From assembly GCF_026571515.1 (NCBI RefSeq), contig NW_026852469.1, positions 124,001-188,000 of the forward strand: 64,000 bases of DNA, given 5' to 3'. A model generated the notes under the pieces. It searched no databases, was not told where the DNA came from, and saw only the letters and a program-made list of their open reading frames with translations. Of this stretch, positions 14,175 to 24,835 are shown piece by piece. Source of the stretch: Ruditapes philippinarum (lineage: Eukaryota). Position 1 is the stretch's first letter; each line of letters begins with the position of its first letter. The translations under genes were made by a program, and so were the position numbers.

Positions 14175-14345
14175 CCCACGAAGTCATGGTTGAGACCATA
14201 TAGTTATTCCATATAAAAATATACATGTATATATCATGGAAAACTTTTTAAGATAATACAATGGATTGTAGTGTATAACACGAAAATCAGTGTACTTTTA
14301 CTGTATTTATTCAAATAATCATACAAACATCTGTAAATAACTGGA

Positions 14346-15252
14346 ACAAAATATCAGTAATCACATGTATCGCCTCATGATGGCCAATTTCATGTTGGGT
14401 CAAATTTTGTGACAGACGGACAGTGCACAACTAGACTTGGTACTGATCATTCCTGTAAAGTTTGGATAAAATTGCACCAATAGTTAATGAGGAGTAGACC
14501 GGACAAGCTTTTGCGTATCTGGCAACACACAGGAAAAAACACCTTTTTATCAAGGGCCATTACTCGGCCAAAAATCATTCAACCAGAAAACCCGTGCAAT
14601 ATGCGCAAGGACTTGAGCTTTAGATTAATCCTGTAAAGTTTCATTGAAATTGCATTAGTCGTATAAGAGAAGTAGTCCAGACAAACTTTATAAATAAAAA
14701 TTATTAAAGGGCCATAACTCTGACAAAAATCATTGAACAGGAAGATGCTGACAATATGCACAACTAGACTTGGTACTGATCCATTTCTGTAAAGTTTGGA
14801 TGAAATTGCACCAGTAGTTTATGAGGAGTAGTCCAGACAAGCTTTTGTGTATCTGGCAACACACAGAAAAAAACACCTTTTTATCAAGGGCCATAACTCA
14901 GCCAAAAATCGTTTAACCCGAAAACCCTTGCAATATGAGCAAGGACTTGAGCTACAGAACAATCCTGTAAAGTTTCATTGAAATTACATTAGTAGTATAA
15001 GAGAAGTAGTCCGGACAAACTTTAAAATTAAAAATTATCAAAGGGCCATAACTCTGACAAAAATCATTGAACCAGAAAATGCTGACAATATGCACAACTA
15101 GACTTGGTACTGATCATTCCTGTAAAGTTTGGATGAAATTGCACCAGTAGTTTATGAGGAGTAGTCTGGACAAGTTTTGTGACGGACAAACGGACAGACG
15201 ACGGAGAAGTGATCCCTATCTATCGCCACTACTCCGTAGAGGCGACACAAAA
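14346..15252 (-). mobile_element. DINE-like element with an internal 179/155-bp dimeric tandem array
   Basis: GCACAACTAG recurs at 14425, 14758 and 15092 (period 333-334); GACG/GGAC microrepeat and terminal hairpin at ~15222-15250. Confidence 0.7.
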
Positions 15253-15508
15253 ACCATACAAAAAAAACAAAAACTGATGATGACAGAACGGGGTATCACT
15301 TTATGCCTTTATAATTTTTTTGCTCAAGTGATTTTTTTTCCGAAGAGCTACATGTGAAATTGCTGCCAAATATACATAGGTAAAAACTATTTCAAAGCTG
15401 CATGCATTCATATAAATATATTTAAAAAAATTCAAACTTGAGTGAATAGAAAAAAAACTCAAGGATAGCCCAAACTTGTTAATTATAAAAAATATATATA
15501 TACTGAAT

Positions 15509-15669
15509 ATTATGTTGTAGTAGCCCTCTGGGGCTTTGTATTTTGCTACAAGCAGCGGTGGGAAATTGATATCTTGCGAGACCAAAGGGCGAGCTAGATA
15601 TCAATTTTCCAACATTGCAAGTAGGCAAGTAGAAAAATGAATAGCCCCAGAAAGCTACTACAACATAAT
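15509..15669. mobile_element. Palindromic MITE-like element
   Basis: 16-bp perfect IR ATTATGTTGTAGTAGC / GCTACTACAACATAAT plus inner IRs. Confidence 0.6.
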
Positions 15670-16623
15670 TTTCCTTTTATAATATACCTTTTCGTTTGAA
15701 GTATAAATGATTTTCATTATACTACACTTATATAAGAAATTTCAAAAAAAGAAATGTAGCTGTCAAGAAATAAATTATGACTGACAGATGAATACCTAAT
15801 TTGTGCAAAACCAGCCACACCTTTTATTATCTTGGTTGCCGTTTCCATATACTACGTTATACACAGCTAAGATCAGAACCAACGTCAAAAATAGTCCAGT
15901 CCTTTCATATATGGTACTGTATTTGTCTCTAACATAATACAGAATTTTCTAACAGTTGAAGCCTATTTGCGCTTCAAGATTATCCTGTACTTTAGGAAGA
16001 AAATTCATAGGTATATAATAAATGCTGTCATTGACATTTTTTATGTTTATATTTTATTATATGTATTTCTTGCAATCCTATTTATAGCTACAAATTCTAT
16101 GAATTAAAATAGAAAATGAAGATAGCATGCAGACGGTGTTGATATTGTGTGTTAAAAATTTAAAGATCATTGGAAATCATCCGAGTAACCAAATATTCGA
16201 TCTGAAAAATGACCGAGTACTCGAGTATTGATTTAAGTATTTGTTGCCACCCCATAAAAAAATAAAGTACTTGACAAGATCAACTAACATCTAAATAAAA
16301 AACTTTGAAAACAGAATTAATTATTTTGAAGAATTCACTCTGAGCTGTATTATTCAAAATGGGTGTTCAAACACATTGAAAACATTGATAAGTCATCTCG
16401 ACTCATGTTCTTGGTGATGAAGTGGTGCCTCAATATAGTTATCACTGCAATCTATCTTCCCTCATAACTCCTACTATTACTGTAACTGTCAAACAAGCAT
16501 CTCTGTTTTCTGAAATAGAGTTTTGAAAAAGTTTATTGCTGACCGAGATATTCCATACTTGTATGTTAACTTTTTTCAGCATTTCTCTGTTAGAATTACT
16601 CTGATTTATAAAGGTATAAAACC

Positions 16624-17679
16624 AAACTAGAAATGTGTCATCATGCCACGGATGCCCCCACATGCAGCCAAAATTTCAGATGGTGCATTAATTATTTTTT
16701 TCATTTTAAGTTCAAAGCCCTTAAAACTTTTCGATGTTAACACAAACCATTTTCATACAATGTTCAAGGCACTGAAATGATTCAGTCTTAACCTTTTAAA
16801 AATAGCATATTGCATATTTGTAGCCAAAATAATGGCTAAAAGTATGAGTGCTGAAACTGAAAGTTCAAAATTTTTCCAACATTCAGGAAAGATAAGTTTG
16901 TCTAAAATCATTGAACCACGACCAAATTCAAACTAAAACTGCTTATTCCTAAGATGTATCTATATTATTTTCAAAGTGAAAGGGGCATTACTCTGCCAAA
17001 AAATCATCAAACCATGACCAAATTCCAACTTGACCTGCCCATTCCTTTGACATATCCATATGTTAAATTTAAGTTGAATATGTAAAACTGTTGGGTAGAT
17101 AATGAACAGAAACTGTAAATTTCATATCATTTTCAAAGTGAAAAGGGCATTACTCTGTCAAAATTCATTGAACCATGACAAATTCGAACTTTGCCTGGGC
17201 ATTCCAAAAACATATCCATATGTCAAATGTGAGTTGAATGTGTTGTACCATTGGGGAGATAATGAACAGAAACTGAAAATTTCATATTTTTTTCAAAGTA
17301 AAAGGGGCATAACTCTGCCAAAAATCATGAACCATGACCAAATTCGAACTTGACCTGTATTTTTTCATGACATATCCATATGTCAATTCTGAGTTGAATG
17401 TGTTGTACCGTTGGGGAGATAATGAACAGAAACTGAAATTTCATATTATTTTCAAAGTAAAAGGGGCATAACTCTGCCAAAAATCATTGAACCATGACCA
17501 AATTCGAATTTGACCTGTATTTTTTTCATGGCATATCCATATGTCAAATTTAAATTGAATGTGTGCAATCGTTCTTAAGATAATGAACGGAAACTGATGA
17601 TGACGGAATGACAGAAGGATGGAGGATGGAACAGGGTAACACTATATGCCCCGGCCATTACATGGCGGGGGCATAAAAA
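16624..17679 (-). mobile_element. DINE-like element with a ~160-bp internal tandem array
   Basis: Ends actagaaatgtgtc...atgccccc and atgccccggcc...ggcgggggcataaaaa; about 4 units starting near 16970, 17132, 17292 and 17451. Confidence 0.75.
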
Positions 17680-18384
17680 TGCGCGACCAATGCCAGTGCT
17701 CAAACCCTCTGTGCATTATTTCACAAACGAGCATCTGAGTAGAACCACTTCCTTTTTTTAAAGCTAGCTGGATTGCTTTCTCACATTAAAGAATCCATAT
17801 TAAATATAATAGAACATTGATAATTGCTACACAGTCTCTTTGTAAACATAAAATAAGCATGTTTTGTGTTTACATAAAGTAGCTATGTAATGTTAAAACA
17901 CCACATGCTAATGGTGGTCACAATATAAATATATAGTGTTGTTATGAAACTGACAGTTTTTTTTAAGAAAGGACCAAATTGTTTTTGTCTCGTAAGAAGG
18001 AACATGGCTTCCATTGCATAGTTAATTCATTATTTCATTCAAATTAGACATATTCAAAAAGAGTTTCATAGAATTCAATAAATTTTTATGATTAAAATAT
18101 TTTACTGATGAGCATAGTATATCTTTAAAGGTAAGTGGTTTAGGTACATTACTTTGACTATGGTCACCCCAATTAAATCTATTTATTTGCTTAGTAACAC
18201 AACTTTTCAAAGTCATATAAATTTGTAAATGTGAGTGATTCTGATAATCTATATACAGTTTGAGCTAAGTCAAGATGAGATGATTAGATTTTACTGACTG
18301 CTTACTACATGAAGTCACTATTTCAATGTCAAATGCCTTGAAAACTTGAATTTCAAAATACAATTTAAGTCAATTACATGTCAC

Positions 18385-18627
18385 AAATGAGCCGTGTCAT
18401 GATAAAACCAAAATAATGGGTTTGCGACCAGCATGGATCCAGACCAGCTTGCCCATCCACGCAGTCTAATCAGGATCCATGCTGTTCGCTTACAAACCCT
18501 ATTACAAGAAGAGAAACTGATAGCAAACAGTATGGATCCTGATCAGACTGCACGGATGCTCAGGCTAGTCTGGATCCATGCTGGTCGCAAACCCATTATG
18601 TTGGTTTTGTCATGACACGGCTAAAAT
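18385..18627. mobile_element. Palindromic MITE
   Basis: Long IR AGCCGTGTCATGA...GGGTTTGCGACCAGCATGGATCCAGAC and its reverse complement. Confidence 0.8.
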
Positions 18628-19479
18628 GTTTTTGCTATCGACTTTTGTTCCTAAATTAACAACAGATTGCATGATGAAATGATATTGAAATAATTAATAT
18701 ACATTTGGCTCTTAGTGCCAAGCTTACTGATTTTAAATAAGCCTTGAGTCCTGTGTTGGCCTTTAAACATGTCAAATATTTAGAAATTATTTATTAAGGG
18801 AAAGTGTATACAAATAATCATGTACCTCTTCATTATAGCCCATGACATTGAAAAAACATTGTGTCATCTGTTTACTTCAAGGTTAGTCACATTGACAGTA
18901 TTACATTTTAGACTATCTCTCTTGATGCATTCTCAAAATGGGTCCTCTTAATTTCACATTCATCAATCTGACAAAAACCTCCTGAAAAAGAAAAAGTTAG
19001 AAACATATGCCACTAATTATGTCAGTTTAAATGTCAAATAAATACTTTGAGAAACTATTTGGTCAAAGTTGTAAATGCACAAAGATTTTCAAACCATTAA
19101 CATTTCCTTTTTAACTTTCTAACATATATAATGTATGGTCTTACTTGAAGAAAATGCTTGCCCGGAACTGAACACTACCAACTTACCATCTTTTTGGTAC
19201 CACTGAAAATAGATAGTAAAGGCCTTAATCTTTTTATTCTAAAATAACAGTTAAATAACATCTTATGAAATTATGACTAATAAGCATGTTAAAAAATTGA
19301 GAAGAGGCAATTTTTTGAGTCATTCCACACAGAACTTATGTAGAAATGACTGACCAATACAGTTAATTCATTCTATTGAGCAAATGTTATTTACACAATT
19401 TATGGAAATTATAACTAATTATGAATTCAATATTCATCACTCCACTTATTGTGAAATCATTTATTCAAAAGACTTGCAT

Positions 19480-20022
19480 TCAAGTATGATATAAAATGTA
19501 TAAAGGTTTATGGTCAGAATAATAAGATTCTAGTGTACCAAATTTTTGCACTTTATTCAAAGGCAAGCCGCAATTAATATGATCAAGACAGCTGCCATAA
19601 TCAGTAGTTACTGAATCAATGAGTTGAACTGAACTGAGTACTTCCTGTATAATTTTAGCAACTGGTTTGTTCTCAGTATAATCATAATTGAAATCTCCCA
19701 TTAAAATAAGCTTTTTTAAAATTCCAGTCACTTTAAACTCTTTTGAAACAATTTCCAAAATATTGAATAGAAACCCTGAAAAATATGCAACAGTAGCACA
19801 CCTTGGAGGACAATAAACAAATCCAATAACTATGTCTTGTAAACACAGTAAAGCACATTCTATGTCAGAATGAGTAAAACAAGTAAAATGACAGACATTA
19901 ATATTTTCCTAGTAATAAATTGCTATCCCATGTGAGGCCTGACCCAAATTGGAAGACAATACACAAAAACCATCTATGCTGTACTGCTCAGATAAAGGAC
20001 CAGTTAATCTAGTTTCTACTTG
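19480..20022 (-). pseudogene. AP-endonuclease domain remnant of the Helentron
   Basis: One reading frame with VETRL, HGIAIY, VYCPP, GDFN, TTDYGSCLDH and ESYYSDHKP motifs, and a single in-frame TAG at 19909-19911. Confidence 0.8.
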
Positions 20023-20752
20023 CTGGCGTAGTGAGCGCCCTACACGGAAACCCTTAGTTGGTTGGTGTGTGTGGGATACTGGTGTATTATTATTCACGTT
20101 TTTTTTTTGTTAAATGAAGGTATTTTATAACACAAAAGTTCAGTGTTGATGTTATTTTATTTATTTTTTATAGTTAATTGTAAGTTTTTAAATACAAAAT
20201 AATTATATAGTTTACATATATATATTTTTACAGCTAGTACCTGAATTTTGCTTAAGTTAGTTTTACTTATTTATTTTTTAAGTTAAGACTTGATGTTATA
20301 CATTAACATTTTTAGATAAGACTTAAGATGATGTATGTTTCCAAATTAAAATAAGACTATTAGATGTTTTAAGTTTTGAAATTATTAATGTTTTTATAAT
20401 TAATTTTTTTAAAGCATTTTGATGAGGAAATGCTATGTTACACATGACACGTTTTTACCTTAATGGCCTGTATAATTATGTTTCACAGCTTCTCAGCAAA
20501 CAACCAACTGTGCCACAGTTGAAATCTAACAAACAAGCCTTTAATCACACACCTGAAATAAAAACTTTTCCTAATTAATACAATATTTCTTTTAATTTAT
20601 TACATTCTTCAATAAAACATTAAGAAATATTGATAAAGTTAAATGTTCATTTTCATTTCCTGTATTTTCAATGTAAATATTCATTTTTATTGCATATTTT
20701 CACAAGTGTCTCCTAAATTTAGCCTACACACAATAGACTGTAAAGAATAATA

Positions 20753-22586
20753 GGGCAATCCGGGTCAGCTCGGCCCTAGAACATACTCGGCCCCAAAGTC
20801 AGCTCGGCCCCTTTTCCAACTCGGCCCACTTTCTAAAATGGGTAAAAGACTCCTATTGTTACGGGCTATAATTATCAATCAATGTGTATGTTAAGGATAC
20901 CGATTAATAAGGTGATAATTATGATTGACTCATTCATTCAAATTTGATTAGTAACCACCTGCAATTAATTAGACGCTTATGATATTAAGTAAACACCTTT
21001 TTGTTTCATATTTTTTTGAAAATTACTTTACAAACAAAATAAATCTAAGGAAACACATTTTTATTATATGTATATTAATTTTATAGAATATGCAAGACAA
21101 ATAAATAACTTTTTTTCTAAATATATCGATATACTTTATTTCGGCAGAAGTACAATGTATAATTATATAATAATAAAAAGATATTTCTTATGCCAGGGCA
21201 TTTTTTCCTTCTATAACAGGGGCCGATAACAGGCCCCTTCACAATTCAAAATTGCACTTTTTTTCACAAAGCGGTGGGAAAAAATTCACAATTTCAAAAG
21301 AGATTTCATAAAATTTTTGGACTTTGTCTTCAAGTTTCATTGTTTACCTTCTGGTAAAACTTGATTTTTCCCTATTACAAACATGTAAATAGTTTTAATC
21401 AAGTTATATGGCATTTGTGCATGTTTACCAGATTAAAGTACAAGCTCAAAGCAGATTTTACAGAAATTGTTATCAAGTTTCATCATCTTCAGTTTTAAAA
21501 TTTCATTAAATGGCAAATTTTATAATGTCATTTTTCACAATTTTATGACATATCACACTTTTTTCACAAAATGAACAGGCCCAGGCCCCTTCACAATTTT
21601 GGCAAAAAATGCCCTGTATGCCGGCTTTACACAGGAGATGATCATTATACCAAGCCCTCTTACAATATAATTCCCTTTTATGCTCACTATGAGCAAGTTG
21701 TGCTCTGGTGAGCATAAACAGGAATTGGGATCACTATTTATCTGTTGTCCCTAATGTGTAATTTTGCTTCTCTTTAAATGATATATCTGAAATCAAAGCA
21801 CATAAACAACACTACAGGACTACTCTTTCATAGTTGTTTATATTGTTCTATACATATGTCAATGACACCTCTTATATAGAAGTACATACGCACACCTTCA
21901 TTACTTATTAATGCCTCAACCTTAAATATTTGGCATGTGGTATTGCCTTGTTTACCACTTTAAAATTTGATTATGTATCTACATCATATCGATTTGTTAT
22001 ACCAAGATGAAGTGGACATAATTTTTATTAAAATGCTTAGGGAAAATATGTGAAACTGTAAGTCTTATTGATATAAACTTCAATGCCTCCAGCTTTAATA
22101 TTGAGTATGTACCAATGCCTTGAGAACTTGTACAAATCTTTGTCTGTCACTCATTCCAATACTAAATAACATATTACAACTTAACTGCGTATAAGAGACT
22201 ACCTATCTAAAAATATTCTGGTCAATGTCAACAGGCCATATATTAAATGTCCATAGACAACGGGACTTCATTCTATCTGTTTCCATGCATCTTCATATAT
22301 ACTCATATTCCTCTTTGTTAAACTGAGATAACTGACTTCAATAACTTTATATGTCACTTTAAGATTATATCTTGATGTTCGCTGAAGTCTCTTCAGCTAC
22401 CAGAACTGTCATTTTTACATTTAAACACACCCCTGGAAAAAAATTACGAAGCGAGTCGCTACTAGCTTTTTTAAAAGCTAACCTTGTTATTCATTTACCT
22501 TAACAACATGCAAAGCAAAGTAAATACGTTATATATATTTTAGTAAAGTGGGCCAAGTTGGTATAGCGCCGAGCTGACTCTTTTCC
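20753..22586. mobile_element. TIR element with subterminal CTCGGCCC repeats
   Basis: GTCAGCTCGGCCC repeats on the left; inverted GGGCCAAGTTGG...GCCGAGCTGAC on the right. Confidence 0.55.
21194..21616. mobile_element. hAT-like MITE with a 5-bp TSD
   Basis: 13-bp perfect TIR CAGGGCATTTTTT; TATGC duplicated at 21189-21193 and 21617-21621. Confidence 0.7.
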
Positions 22587-22801
22587 AGACATTCAAGGGA
22601 AGGAACTGCTAAACTTAAAATTTGATAAGGTCAATTCAGTACAAAAAAAGCTTCACCCGAAAATGGCCGATTGTGAAGAAAATTTGTAAAAAATACAGCT
22701 TTAGATTGAAACTTAAATATCAACGTTATGAAATAAAAACATGAACATCAGTCATCTTGAATAACGTTGTATTTTTTGTAAGCAGCCAGAATGCGAATAT
22801 C

Positions 22802-23014
22802 GGTATGTCTTAATACCGAATATGACTTATATTTTACAAAGTAATAATTTCTTTATTATATTATAACGCTATTTTGCATGTAAATTCATTGTATGATTAT
22901 AAAACATCGTACCAAAAAAAAAGTCATAAAAAATTACTTTGTAAAATATAGGTCATATCCGGTATTTAAAATCATATCCGCGGATATATCTCATATCCTG
23001 TATTAAGTCATACC
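22802..23014. mobile_element. Palindromic MITE-like element
   Basis: IR GGTATG(T/A)CTTAATAC and inner IR ATATTTTACAAAGTAAT. Confidence 0.55.
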
Positions 23015-24084
23015 CTGTGAATGTTTCTGCAACGATTTGACGACGATTTTGCCACTGATAAATGCAAACCAAGCAAAGTTATTCAACAGTTAGGTAAAAG
23101 GGAGATAAGGTTTTTGTAATATAAAACTTACAACTCGTTTTTACACGTGGAACTTCTATATTATCAGCAAAACTTTTTCACGGATGAACTTGTAAACAAT
23201 GGCGATTGCGGGAAGCGAAAATAGTTCGTATTCATACGCATGCAATGTTTTTCTTAAATTTACACTTTTAAATGAAGCATTAGGCCCTATAAGCTTTAAA
23301 GTTAGCTGATCTGAAATCCGTATTCCATTACTTGCTAAATTTTTGATTTCTATGACACTGAATTAACTTGTGACTACATGTAATTTGTACTATATTTATG
23401 CAAGTACTTTGGCTATGATCGACCGCTGACGTAGTAATATTAAAATCGCGTAAAGCAAAAATATACATACAATTTTAAAAGACGATTGCAAAATTTAGTA
23501 CATAATTGGCCAGTCAATTTTAAAATAGATAGGGAACTATGATTTTGGGAGTTACTGCGAAGTTTTGGAACTATTTTGCTTAGCGTAGGTAGCTGACTAA
23601 TTGTGTTCAAACCATAGTAAATCTGAATTTGTCGTTATTCCTTTGGGGGCGCATTGCGCATGCGCCCCCAAAAACTACACACCATAAAAAAGAATAATCA
23701 AATCTTAAAGCACTAATCCAACACTCTAACACTATTGTTAGTTATTTGTTGAATCTAAGGGCATTTAAATATGATTATCACATGACGTTTCCCTTCATGT
23801 GCTTAAACCATCAACGAAAACAAATAGTGAATGTGTATTTGTTATAATGACGTTTGAAATATGGGAGTGTGGAAACGGTTTAACGTAAAATACCTCTTTT
23901 AGTACAATATACGTTTTGCTACTTTTATGACAAATTATTTCAAATTAAATGCGCTTTCATTACATAAAAATATACTTTTTATTTTCACAATTAAGTGATT
24001 TACACAATAATAATATATAGTGGATATTCAAGTGGTATTTAAATAAATATTTCATGAGTAGCGGTACCACGAATGGAATATGAT

Positions 24085-24116
24085 GAGTGATTGATTGATT
24101 TTCTTTAGACCGGGCG
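24085..24116 (-). mobile_element. 3' tip of the SINE family seen at 59378-59734
   Basis: (GATT)n followed by TTCTTTAGACCGGGCG, identical to the end of the 59.4-kb copy. Confidence 0.6.
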
Positions 24117-24195
24117 ATTTATCATAGTGATAATTTTCATATCACAAGATGAAAATAAATTTTTAATAATGAATAAAATACATGTCCGACATTAC

Positions 24196-24478
24196 CTTTT
24201 TCATCCTTTAAGTCCTTCAGAATATTTTCAATATCCACAATCCTTGAGGTAACTTGTCCAAGCTTTTCGGCAGATTCGGTGCATTCAGTTGTTATGTTAG
24301 CCAATGTGTCATGAACGTTTCCTTTTGTTTCTTCAATGTCCGCCTTCAGTTTGTCCACTAAAATCTCGACCATTATCATCTTTCTTAATGTTTGCTCTTC
24401 ATAATGAAATTTTGAACAAGATGGTTCTGCTGATAACAAAGCAGAAGAGCACAGAAATATTACTAGATATCGGAACAT
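24196..24478 (-). CDS. C1q-domain gene copy 2, exon 1 (signal peptide + coiled coil)
   Basis: ATG at 24478, MFRYLVIFLCSSALLSA-EPSCSKFHYEEQTL, donor G|gtaatg, 283 nt, phase 1. About 77/94 aa identical to copy 1. Confidence 0.9.
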
Positions 24479-24547
24479 CGTATCTTACAGGGCTTTGTTA
24501 TCCTTACTTTCTGTAAATATTACTAAAACATTTTGCGGAGGAAGAGA

Positions 24548-24553
24548 TTTATA
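24548..24553 (-). promoter_or_regulatory. Putative TATA box of C1q copy 2
   Basis: TATAAA 70 nt upstream of the ATG. Confidence 0.6.
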
Positions 24554-24680
24554 TGCTAAGTATAATAAGGGCCGGTCAAAATGTTCAGTAAATTTTTCAA
24601 TTTTTTCCATCGCTATAACATGTTCGAAAATTATTCAAAGTATATTTGTGCAGCCTATATCATACTACATTTGTATTATT

Positions 24681-24835
24681 AAATATTACTAGATATCGGA
24701 ACATAGTAGCTGGCTGGAATGTTTATTGTTGTCTCCTTGTAACGTTTACTCTAGGGAGCGATTTATATGCGAATCATCAAAAAGGCTGGTCATACTTATC
24801 TGTTAACATTGCATGTTTGTAATTGCTATGGCACG
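24681..24835 (-). promoter_or_regulatory. Duplicated C1q promoter + first 8 codons
   Basis: 24681-24704 is identical to 24455-24478; own TATAAA at 24762-24767; homologous to the copy 1 upstream region at ~8220-8350. Confidence 0.7.

Larger units (their letters stand above)
12931..23674 (-). mobile_element. ~10.7-kb non-autonomous Helentron/Helitron2-type element in the C1q copy 2 intron
   Basis: 5' 13-bp perfect hairpin at 23642-23672; matching asymmetric TIR TGGGGCGCAT at 12953-12962; small 3' hairpin at 12936-12950; T-rich site with no TSD; flanks join up in the copy 1 intron (~5980); contains an AP-endonuclease remnant. Confidence 0.8.

Noticed and set aside
19480-19758. LINE ORF2 endonuclease
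   Set aside because: The EN is C-terminal (stop right after SDHKPLYILYHT) with no RT following, which fits Helentron EN better.
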